DNA of 64,000 nt from a virus. Taxonomy: Duplodnaviria; Caudoviricetes. Location: the IMG/VR virus record IMGVR_UViG_3300032227_000318, positions 46,482-110,481 of that record; one strand, written 5' to 3'. The notes below the pieces were generated by a model, which saw nothing but the letters and a program-made list of their open reading frames with translations, had not been told where the DNA came from and ran no database searches. The translations under genes were made by a program, and so were the position numbers. This document shows positions 35,033 through 42,726 of this stretch, piece by piece (the stretch's first letter is position 1; each line of letters opens with the position of its first letter).

Positions 35033-35174
35033 ATTCTACTTTCGTCAGTAGTCACATCATCATATGAGATTCGAACTCATGCCTGCGCCGCTTCTGCGGC
35101 ACCGTGCTTCCCCTACACCAATGAATGACTTGTCGCGGTGGCCACCTGCTAGTGACTACTGACGAAAGTAGAAT
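35033..35174 (-). ncRNA. Structured RNA: perfect 23-bp stem enclosing an anticodon-less tRNA-like domain
   Basis: Inverted repeat 35033-35055/35152-35174; D-like arm, tetraloop arm and TTCGAAT T arm inside. Confidence 0.7.
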
Positions 35175-35320
35175 GTGAGGCTGTGCTGAGTCACAGACAC
35201 TCACTGGATATTTCGCTACTCAGTGCGCCTTTGAGAAGAGCAAAGGTACTCATAGGAACTTAACAATGTCAATCAGCGACCGCGTCTATCTTGCCCGCGC
35301 GGCTGGGAAACTCTCTCTTA

Positions 35321-35403
35321 CATACTGGATATAGTGTCTCAAGGTGCTGGTTTCAAGTCTTTTCTTATTCTTTTTTCGTATATCTGCTATGCACTAGACA
35401 CAA
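35321..35403 (-). promoter_or_regulatory. Promoter TTGAAA-N16-CTATAT feeding the downstream tRNA array
   Basis: Same element as at 5252, 5651 and 38489. Confidence 0.65.
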
Positions 35404-35407
35404 CCCT

Positions 35408-35446
35408 GAAAATGAAAGAACCCCGAAACTTTCGCTCCGGGGTTCT
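35408..35446 (-). terminator. Intrinsic terminator (attenuator)
   Basis: AGAACCCCGGAGC-GAAA-GUUUCGGGGUUCU followed by UUCAUUUU. Confidence 0.85.
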
Positions 35447-35469
35447 AAGAAACTAAGTCTATCTAAGAC

Positions 35470-35550
35470 TTAATACATAGAACCCCCTACACCTGCCCAT
35501 GATGGCTGGCGTGTCTCTTGATTAATCGTGAAGGGGCAATAACGTTTCAT
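35470..35550 (-). CDS. 26-aa leader peptide MKRYCPFTINQETRQPSWAGVGGSMY
   Basis: Manual translation; 22 consecutive non-repeating codons; 3' end complementary to the terminator 5' arm. Confidence 0.7.
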   Translation of the reverse strand: MKRYCPFTINQETRQPSWAGVGGSMY

Positions 35551-35574
35551 TTCCGTCTTTCTTAAACTGTACTC

Positions 35575-35615
35575 TATTTAGTATACATCCTAGCAGGATT
35601 TTATTAGGTTGTCAA
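35575..35615 (-). promoter_or_regulatory. Tandem sigma70 (TTGACA-N17-TAGGAT) and late (TACTAAATA) promoters for the leader
   Basis: Consensus matches immediately upstream of the leader ORF. Confidence 0.65.
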
Positions 35616-35624
35616 CTTTTTTTT

Positions 35625-35701
35625 TGGTGCGAAAGGTGGGACTTGAACCCACAGAACTCGGTTTTTGAGACCGATACGTATACCTATTCCGTCACTCTCG
35701 C
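35625..35701 (-). tRNA. tRNA-Leu(CAA), short variable loop
   Basis: Cloverleaf with CCA, 77 nt. Confidence 0.85.
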
Positions 35702-35705
35702 TTAT

Positions 35706-35797
35706 TGGTCGGCGTGCTTGGATTCGAACCAAGTCAAGAACACTCATCTAGTGCTAAAGGGATTATAAGGCCCTCCCGTGTACCAACACCCACGCCG
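35706..35797 (-). tRNA. tRNA-Ile(TAT) with long variable arm and minimal D arm
   Basis: 7-bp acceptor, ctTATaa loop, variable arm, T arm, CCA. Confidence 0.75.
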
Positions 35798-35801
35798 TTA
35801 T

Positions 35802-36251
35802 TTACATTACAGAAAAGAATCCAAGTGTGGCATCATTATATTTCTTGTCTCTTTTTCTATCCCAACCACGCTTTGCTCTTTCACTTCTGTCTTGTGATGT
35901 AAGTTTTGCTGCTGACGCTTTACCACCAATTGAGCCAAACTTATCTTTCACTTTATCATAACCTTTTCTGGCATTCTCTTTGGTAAAGCCACCAATGCCA
36001 CCTTTTCTCATATTATATGTCTTATTAGTGTTAAAGTCAACAGTTAGTTCGGCTTCTAGCTTGTATGCTTCATCTTTCGATTCAGTGATGAATAAGACTT
36101 CTTTTTTGAAGTTGTCTTTTCCATATTTTCTTAATGCTTCTTCAATAGCACGACCTGAACCAAAATATACATCACTTGGATTGTTTGTTTTATGAACACC
36201 AATATAGTGTTTATTGTTGATTAGATTTATTGTTTTATATACAGTATACAT
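35802..36251 (-). CDS. GIY-YIG (Seg-like) homing endonuclease
   Basis: VYKTIN...HYIGVH...YFGSG...YN...GG.GG. Confidence 0.85.
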   Translation of the reverse strand: MYTVYKTINLINNKHYIGVHKTNNPSDVYFGSGRAIEEALRKYGKDNFKKEVLFITESKDEAYKLEAELTVDFNTNKTYNMRKGGIGGFTKENARKGYDKVKDKFGSIGGKASAAKLTSQDRSERAKRGWDRKRDKKYNDATLGFFSVM

Positions 36252-36286
36252 CCATTATCTCCTCAGTGGATGTATTTATAGTAAAA

Positions 36287-36362
36287 TGGTGCGACCACCA
36301 GGACTCGAACCCGGAACCAGACAGGTATGAACTGTCAGCTCTAACCGTTGAGCTATAGTCGC
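36287..36362 (-). tRNA. tRNA-Met/Ile2(CAT)
   Basis: Cloverleaf with CCA. Confidence 0.85.
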
Positions 36363-36366
36363 TTAT

Positions 36367-36453
36367 TGGTGCGGGCGGTGGGACTCGAACCCACAACGTT
36401 TCTATTGTAGCAAATTTTAAGTCTGCCGCGGCTCACCATTACGCCACGCCCGC
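36367..36453 (-). tRNA. tRNA-Leu(TAA)
   Basis: Cloverleaf, variable arm, CCA. Confidence 0.9.
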
Positions 36454-36461
36454 TTTATTGT

Positions 36462-36728
36462 TTAGTCCTTCATTGCGCCGGACATGAAGCCCTTGCGAGG
36501 ATCACCCCACTCAGTCTCAGCACGAACACGAACATATCGCGCGCGAGTGTCGGCCGTATTAGGATTAGGCACAGTGACCCACGGGTTCTTACCCTTCAAC
36601 CAGGCTTTCTGCAAGAGTGTCCACTTATCAATAGCGGAACGTTCACGCTTGATAGCCTTTGACAGGCTGCGATTTGCTTCACGCTCACCCTTAGAGGTGT
36701 AAGCAGACTTAGACTTCGGTGCAGACAT
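36462..36728 (-). CDS. Hypothetical basic protein
   Basis: YTSKGER...AWLKGKNPWVTVPNPN; GGAG SD. Confidence 0.6.
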   Translation of the reverse strand: MSAPKSKSAYTSKGEREANRSLSKAIKRERSAIDKWTLLQKAWLKGKNPWVTVPNPNTADTRARYVRVRAETEWGDPRKGFMSGAMKD

Positions 36729-36752
36729 TCACTTTCTCCATTATACTATAAT

Positions 36753-36828
36753 TGGCGACCCCTGCACGACTCGAACGTGCGACACCCTGTTTAGAAGACA
36801 GGTACTCTATCCACTGAGCTAAGGGGCC
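36753..36828 (-). tRNA. tRNA-Arg(TCT)
   Basis: Cloverleaf, A20, CCA. Confidence 0.9.
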
Positions 36829-36840
36829 ATTGAAACTTAT

Positions 36841-37026
36841 TTATGCTACTTCGTAGGCAAATCCCTTGACATAGCAACCATCTAGAAACCGATGGCCAGT
36901 CTTATGGGCATCATCACTATCTACGAAGAACTGTTCCCAGATACAATCATCATTCTCAAAACAGTATAGCATGAATCCTACACGGTTGTCAAGAATATAA
37001 AAATCTACATCATAAGACCTAACCAT
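36841..37026 (-). CDS. Hypothetical protein
   Basis: Translationally coupled ORF. Confidence 0.5.
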   Translation of the reverse strand: MVRSYDVDFYILDNRVGFMLYCFENDDCIWEQFFVDSDDAHKTGHRFLDGCYVKGFAYEVA

Positions 37027-37289
37027 TATGCGACCTCACGAAGCTTAATGCCAGTGATTCGTTCATCCGCAATGAGAGAAACGGGATACTGAGGATTACC
37101 TGTGTGCAAACGAAAAGTACCAACGGGATCATGTCGCTCACTTGCTACTACCTTTCCAGATTTGATAGACACATTATTCATCACACCATACTTATAATGT
37201 GTGCGAACATGGATCATATCGCCAACTTTGATTTTCCACTTAGTCTTGATCATCTTGTATATCTTACTTGGTATTGATCGCCTTGTCAA
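37026..37289 (-). CDS. Hypothetical protein
   Basis: ORF in operon. Confidence 0.45.
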   Translation of the reverse strand: MTRRSIPSKIYKMIKTKWKIKVGDMIHVRTHYKYGVMNNVSIKSGKVVASERHDPVGTFRLHTGNPQYPVSLIADERITGIKLREVA

Positions 37290-37794
37290 GCTTGAAAAGC
37301 TTACCGTTCATGTACATCTTACCATTCTTGAACTTGATCTTTTCTGACTGGAGCATCACCTGATAGAACAGGTAGAGCGAACGGTCACGACCATAAGCCT
37401 CAATTTCCCAAGGCCAGTTGAAGTAGTCTTCCATAGAGTTAGTCAGTTTGAAAGTCTTACCCTGCCACTTTGCAGTGATCAACTCATTAGACAACTCACC
37501 CCTTGCGTACTGCTTCACATGCACCATTTCATGCGCGAGGCACTGGAGCATTTTGTACCGCTGCATTCCAGGTCTGATACCAATCTCAAAGGACTTAGGG
37601 CGCCGTTCAGAATCGACAGGGTAACAGCCACCCTCATTGCGCCCCTGATCCTCAAGCCGAATTTCAATATCAAGCTTTTCTGTAAGTCTGGTGCCCATGA
37701 TATAGTGGGCAAAGAAAGCAGCAGCGAACTTGAGTTCAGCCTTGCACATAGCCTTGGTTCTGCCGACGATATTAATATCCATTGAGTTCACCAT
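37264..37794 (-). CDS. HExxH zinc metallopeptidase-like protein
   Basis: LAHEMVHVKQY...PWEIEAY. Confidence 0.8.
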   Translation of the reverse strand: MVNSMDINIVGRTKAMCKAELKFAAAFFAHYIMGTRLTEKLDIEIRLEDQGRNEGGCYPVDSERRPKSFEIGIRPGMQRYKMLQCLAHEMVHVKQYARGELSNELITAKWQGKTFKLTNSMEDYFNWPWEIEAYGRDRSLYLFYQVMLQSEKIKFKNGKMYMNGKLFKLDKAINTK

Positions 37795-38021
37795 TCATAT
37801 ACATTGCATAGAAGCCCCAAATCGTGAAGCCGAGGCCGATTGTGCCCATCACAATCTGAAGTCCGAGACCAGAAGTGGCTGAGGCGCCGATAACCATGCC
37901 GAGCAGAAACCTGAGCATTAGAATATCACCGAGAAAACATTGTACCAGAACCAAATCAGAAACGCGAACGAGAGTCCGCAGAAAGTGACACGGAACAGAA
38001 TATCGAAAGAACGATTAAGCA

Positions 38022-38213
38022 TTAACGAAGTTCCCTAAGACGCAACTTAACCCACAGTTCAATTTCATCAGAATGATGGTGATATTCCTCGACGGTCATT
38101 TCAGAACCTTCGGCCAGAAAAGCAGCATCAAGCTGAGTCATCATCCATTCAGCTTCACCTTCAATCTGATCTTCCGAAGTGTAGTGCTTAGACATGTTTA
38201 TTCTCCTTACCAT
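38022..38213 (-). CDS. Hypothetical protein
   Basis: ORF with AGGAG SD. Confidence 0.5.
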   Translation of the reverse strand: MVRRINMSKHYTSEDQIEGEAEWMMTQLDAAFLAEGSEMTVEEYHHHSDEIELWVKLRLRELR

Positions 38214-38389
38214 TCAATACGATACTTGGGCATCGGGTAGTCCCGACGAAAGAACTTATTTTCATCCATCATAGCAGTACCAGACATATTCTCATACCGC
38301 TTAGAGAAGACAACCTTACCACTTTCATTTTCAGTAACAACAAGAAGGTATTCACCCCAACGATATGTCATATTAATCTCCGTTGTTAT

Positions 38390-38582
38390 ATACTATAGAT
38401 AAGATCGGCAAGTCGGTTTTTCAAGAGCAGCAAACGCAACTCTGATATGCGCGGAACGCATGTCTTGTCTGAACGTATCACCGTGTCTCATATACTGGAT
38501 ATAGTGATGCGACCCTCTCTTTTCAATGTCGAATAATGCATAGCCCTTATGCGCCATGTGCATATCGTAAGCCTTTGATTTC
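38390..38582 (-). promoter_or_regulatory. Two tandem promoters, each with an ATGCG-N5-CGCAT-type palindrome, plus an IHF-like site
   Basis: TTGAAA boxes ending at 38424 and 38526, each 22 bp from a palindrome. Confidence 0.65.
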
Positions 38583-38720
38583 ATTATTGATTTTCCACAC
38601 TCGCCTGGACGCGCGTGGAGCGTCTCCGTCTGGCGAGAGGCAGACATAGCGGCCCAGACCAGAAAAGCGCCTCCAGAGCTTTGGAAACGCTTTTTCGTCT
38701 GGATTGCTATGTGGAAGATG

Positions 38721-38969
38721 CTACGTACCGAACATGATACCAAACTTCTGGTTGATATTATCGTCAATTATGGTGGTCTCTATTGGCGTCAGTATGAAGC
38801 TCGGTGTCCATCCTGCAAAAGCGCCGCCTTGGTCCATAAATTTAGCCCTCTCTATTGCTTCTTCTTCAAAAACAAAAGCTTCAATCAATTGATCTGAATC
38901 ATTCTCCATCACACACCAGATAAAATCATGGTCGTCTGTTTCAAGTGGAATAACATTATACTTATTCAT
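38721..38969 (-). CDS. Hypothetical protein
   Basis: ORF after gp41; G.AF.GWTP.F motif. Confidence 0.55.
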   Translation of the reverse strand: MNKYNVIPLETDDHDFIWCVMENDSDQLIEAFVFEEEAIERAKFMDQGGAFAGWTPSFILTPIETTIIDDNINQKFGIMFGT

Positions 38970-38971
38970 CT

Positions 38972-40369
38972 TTACACCTTCAATGATTTGAACTTGTTTA
39001 GCTTTTTTACCATCTTATCATCTGCTCCTTGTTTTTGCCCACTATCGACAATATCCACTTGAGCAGAATTCTCTACATCATACAACTTCATTTTTGATCT
39101 GTCAATACCTATCACAAACTTTTTGTTTGTTGATGGATCATTGTATCGGTTCTTCAACTGCTTTACCATGATCTGACCCAGTTCTTCCAATGTCTCAGAA
39201 GTAATGAGTGCAAACATGAAGTCTGCTGTTGCAGGTAGACCAAATGATTCGGATGTATCCTCAAGGCCAATGTCTGTAGACACAAAGCCGCTTCTCGTTG
39301 TCTGAGTGGCCGAAACAATCGGCACTTCAAACTCAACCGCTAGACCACGTAACTCTTCAGCGATAGACTTGATATACGTGTATGAGTTGACACCATTACC
39401 AGGCTTTATACGCGAAGAGGTGCAGATGTTCAGATAGTCAATGAAGATAATATCTGGCTTGAATGACTTCTTTAGGTTCAACTCATTGAGTAGAGCCTTG
39501 AAATGCATAGAGCCGGCACCAGCCGTCGGATACTCTTTGACAATCAACCGACCATTCGTCTTTGACTTAAGAGCATTTGCTTTCTTCATGTACAAATCTT
39601 TTGGCAAAGCCATCAGATCATCAAACGTAATGTTCATAAGATTGGCATCAATACGCTTAGACACTTCTTCTTCAGCCAACTCTAGAGTGATATACAAAAC
39701 ATTCTTACCCATGTTCAAAGAAGATGCAGCAACATGACACATGAACAAAGACTTACCAACACCAGTACCAGCAAGTGCGATATTCAGTGTCTTCTTTGGT
39801 AGGCCATTCTTTGTGATCTTATTGAAGAACTCTAGATCAAACGGAATCTTCTCTAGTACCTGATGGTAATATTCATATCGTGCTTCAAAGTCGTTCAGAT
39901 AATCATGACCGACATTTGGATCAAACGATACAGACAATGCATCAGATAGAATAGATGGGATAGAACCAGTAGTCAGTGTACCATGCTTTTTATCCATAAT
40001 CTCAATTGACTTCATGATAGCATGATACAAAGCCTTTTCTTGACAGAACTTTTCAGTGCTATCAATCAACCACTGTTCATTTGGTTCACCTGTCTCTTGT
40101 GGCAAATATACATCAAGGAAGTCGATTACGCTTTTGACCTGGTCTTCTTTAATATTCTTCAGACTTTCAATTTCAATCTTTAGAGATGTTCGGTCAGGCC
40201 GAGCATTATACTTGAGAATAAAGTTTTGAATCTCGGTGTAGAGAATTCTTTCACTCTCTACACCGAAATACTCAGGCTTCAGAAACGGCAGTACCTTACG
40301 GACATAATTTTCATTCCTCAACAAATTCGTCAGAATCGTTTTCTCTAAGCTCTGATTTTGCAATGTCAC
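38972..40369 (-). CDS. gp41: Replicative DnaB-like helicase
   Basis: AGTGVGKS, IDYLNIC, SATQTTRSG, SESFGLPATAD. Confidence 0.95.
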   Translation of the reverse strand: MTLQNQSLEKTILTNLLRNENYVRKVLPFLKPEYFGVESERILYTEIQNFILKYNARPDRTSLKIEIESLKNIKEDQVKSVIDFLDVYLPQETGEPNEQWLIDSTEKFCQEKALYHAIMKSIEIMDKKHGTLTTGSIPSILSDALSVSFDPNVGHDYLNDFEARYEYYHQVLEKIPFDLEFFNKITKNGLPKKTLNIALAGTGVGKSLFMCHVAASSLNMGKNVLYITLELAEEEVSKRIDANLMNITFDDLMALPKDLYMKKANALKSKTNGRLIVKEYPTAGAGSMHFKALLNELNLKKSFKPDIIFIDYLNICTSSRIKPGNGVNSYTYIKSIAEELRGLAVEFEVPIVSATQTTRSGFVSTDIGLEDTSESFGLPATADFMFALITSETLEELGQIMVKQLKNRYNDPSTNKKFVIGIDRSKMKLYDVENSAQVDIVDSGQKQGADDKMVKKLNKFKSLKV

Positions 40370-40640
40370 TATCTACTACCTCCAGAATCATTTCATTAAG
40401 AATTATACCAATATGGTATTCAAATTCTTTGCTTCTACGCAAATTGGTTTCAGTGTGCTTTCCCATTTCAATCAGATCATAACTGAAATTGAGTTTAGCG
40501 GAACCATTTTCCAATTCACTGACACTAACATTTGTGTATCTCAGTATAACGCCTTGATACTTCTCTGTCAATAATTCTATAGGTACAGTGTCATATTTTT
40601 TAAGGTCATCACGAAACTTGTATATCTTACCAGGACTCAT
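40311..40640 (-). CDS. gp40: Head vertex assembly chaperone-like protein
   Basis: Synteny between uvsX and gp41; size. Confidence 0.6.
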   Translation of the reverse strand: MSPGKIYKFRDDLKKYDTVPIELLTEKYQGVILRYTNVSVSELENGSAKLNFSYDLIEMGKHTETNLRRSKEFEYHIGIILNEMILEVVDSDIAKSELRENDSDEFVEE

Positions 40641-41692
40641 TCGTTTTCCTCCACAGTTGTAACACTAGATTTGCCATAGAGGAATTCATCCTTACACTTT
40701 TCATCAATAAGGTCGAGAATGGCCTTAGTGAAGAACTTTTCAGGATTCTTTTCTATAGCCGATTCAAACGCTTTAGTGCCGTCCGGTAATTCAAACTTGT
40801 TTGAGACCTTCTTGAAGATACCGAACTTCTCAGCGAGGTCAAGAAGTCCATAATAAGGATCAAGACCAGTTGCATAATCAAGTAGCGTTTCAACTTTCTT
40901 ATTCTCGATTGTTAGTCGAGCCTTCTTAAGATTGGCCGTAATGATGGCACCTGTTACAGAATTATCGGACTTGTCCTTATCTTTCTTCTTAGATAAGAAA
41001 AGAATAGTTGAGGCGGCATACTCAAGGCCAGAGCCGCCACCCATCTTCTTGGTTGGCACATATGAACCAACAACATCGTAAACGTGATTGGTCACAATGA
41101 GCGGCACCTTAGCCTTGCCAAGCTTGAGAGTAAGAACACGGAATGCACCACGCACCAACTGAGCGCGGGTCATGTCGCGTGTGTCTTTACCATCTGCAAT
41201 ATCTTCCATCTCTTTAGTGGTTGATAGATTGCCAAGTGAGTCGAGAACAAACAACATCGGCGGCCGATTTTTATTTGTCTTATCTTCAATGTACTTGTCG
41301 AGGATCTTTACGGCTTGAGTTCTAAACTCTTGGATAGTTGCGACCGGCACAACAGCGACTCTCTTGGTGTCAATGTCTCTATCTGCCAGCATTTGCTTAG
41401 AGATTGCGGATTCAGATTCGAAGTAGAAGACGAATCCTGTTTCGTTGTCTCTGAGGAACTGTCTGACAATATTGATTGCGTAAAAGGTCTTGCCTGTTGA
41501 AGGTTCACCGGCGAGGGCAGTGACTTTATTAGCAGGGAGGCCGCCGTATATACTGCCAGATAACAGAGCATTGAGACTATAAGAACCAGTGCCGATGAAA
41601 CCAGTAACATCACCAGCTTCAACACCATCATCAGCAATTCCTGCATATTCATTATCAATCTCCTTAAGTAGGGAGTTAAACATATTACTCAT
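40637..41692 (-). CDS. uvsX: RecA-like recombinase
   Basis: [21 protein letters not shown]. Confidence 0.95.
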   Translation of the reverse strand: MSNMFNSLLKEIDNEYAGIADDGVEAGDVTGFIGTGSYSLNALLSGSIYGGLPANKVTALAGEPSTGKTFYAINIVRQFLRDNETGFVFYFESESAISKQMLADRDIDTKRVAVVPVATIQEFRTQAVKILDKYIEDKTNKNRPPMLFVLDSLGNLSTTKEMEDIADGKDTRDMTRAQLVRGAFRVLTLKLGKAKVPLIVTNHVYDVVGSYVPTKKMGGGSGLEYAASTILFLSKKKDKDKSDNSVTGAIITANLKKARLTIENKKVETLLDYATGLDPYYGLLDLAEKFGIFKKVSNKFELPDGTKAFESAIEKNPEKFFTKAILDLIDEKCKDEFLYGKSSVTTVEENE

Positions 41693-41742
41693 ATTGATTC
41701 TCCAATATTATGTGAAAGTCACGATTCTCCGTGACAGAGTAT

Positions 41743-42201
41743 TTAGCAACGAACGATATCATCTTCGCTGCATATCTCACCCATCTGAACCTCAATAGCA
41801 ATGAGTGTTTCAGTTAAGTGAGTATTCGCAATCTTATGAAGAGAAAGCTTTGGCACATGAAACGATTCGCCCTTCTTCACAGTGAAGATGCTACCGTCAA
41901 CAATGACTTTACCTTCACCCTGCACAATTGTCCAGTGTTCTGAGCGATGCTTATGATACTGAAGTGAAATTGCTTGATCAGGTAAAATCTCAAGACGCTT
42001 GACCTTGTAACCTTGATCTACATCAAGGACATGCCATTCACCCCACGGGCGTTTTGCTGATTCAACATATGCTCTTCTACGTTCCGCTACAATCATTTCC
42101 ATTATTTCATCAAAGTCTCTGTCTTTATACTCTCTACATCCTGGATCACACTCTTTGTATAATCCACACGGACATCCACCACCATGATCATATGCTGCCA
42201 T
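41743..42201 (-). CDS. Cupin, type II phosphomannose isomerase C-terminal-like
   Basis: RPWG, SLQYH.HRSEHW, EVQ.G...EDDIVR. Confidence 0.85.
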   Translation of the reverse strand: MAAYDHGGGCPCGLYKECDPGCREYKDRDFDEIMEMIVAERRRAYVESAKRPWGEWHVLDVDQGYKVKRLEILPDQAISLQYHKHRSEHWTIVQGEGKVIVDGSIFTVKKGESFHVPKLSLHKIANTHLTETLIAIEVQMGEICSEDDIVRC

Positions 42202-42222
42202 TATAAAAAAACTCCTCTAAGT

Positions 42223-42726
42223 TCATCTCTTAGTCCTTGTCATGATTACAAACTTGCCTCTTTCACGTTCACTCTTGATAATTGGACCAATAGCTCTCAT
42301 GAATTCAGGCAGATAATCCATTTGATTGATAATCAAAATATCATAGTCGATATTCTTTATGTCATCTTGGTCACCCATTATCAATTGATAGTATATATTG
42401 TTTAAGTCCATAACATAGATTGATCCATTCAAAGAATAGATGTTGTTATCTAAACCGATAACTTCGAAGCCTTCTTTTGTTAGTAGAATGTTATTAATAC
42501 CAGCACAAGTACCAATATCTAAGATTTTTTTACCTTCATATTCTTCTTTTCTCTGAATTATATATTCAGAGACGGCTGTGTTATGATCTAAAGGATCAAC
42601 TTGACCTTTATAGATATACTGAGGTACACGAACATCTTTAATTGTCAAGACTTCGCGTTTTTCCCAAGTGGCTCTATCGGCCGCATTAAAGAATTGGTAA
42701 TTATGAAACTTGATATTTTCAATCAT
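42223..42726 (-). CDS. Class I SAM-dependent methyltransferase
   Basis: ILDIGTCAG motif I. Confidence 0.7.
   Translation of the reverse strand: MIENIKFHNYQFFNAADRATWEKREVLTIKDVRVPQYIYKGQVDPLDHNTAVSEYIIQRKEEYEGKKILDIGTCAGINNILLTKEGFEVIGLDNNIYSLNGSIYVMDLNNIYYQLIMGDQDDIKNIDYDILIINQMDYLPEFMRAIGPIIKSERERGKFVIMTRTKR

Noticed and set aside
29978-35902. ORFs such as 29978-30184, 30223-30489, 31442-32002, 34419-34703, 34598-34858 and 35705-35902
   Set aside because: They are translations of tRNA genes or their complements
28527-36828. Stop-codon reassignment or suppressor tRNA
   Set aside because: No CUA, UUA or UCA anticodon was found in a complete tRNA, and core genes are intact in the standard code
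5252-38510. catatactggatatagtg repeats as CRISPR repeats or att sites
   Set aside because: They are dispersed rather than regularly spaced, and are explained as promoter -10 regions
38393-38767. 124-aa minus-strand ORF
   Set aside because: It spans promoters, operators and hairpins, and is likely spurious apart from a possible short leaderless part
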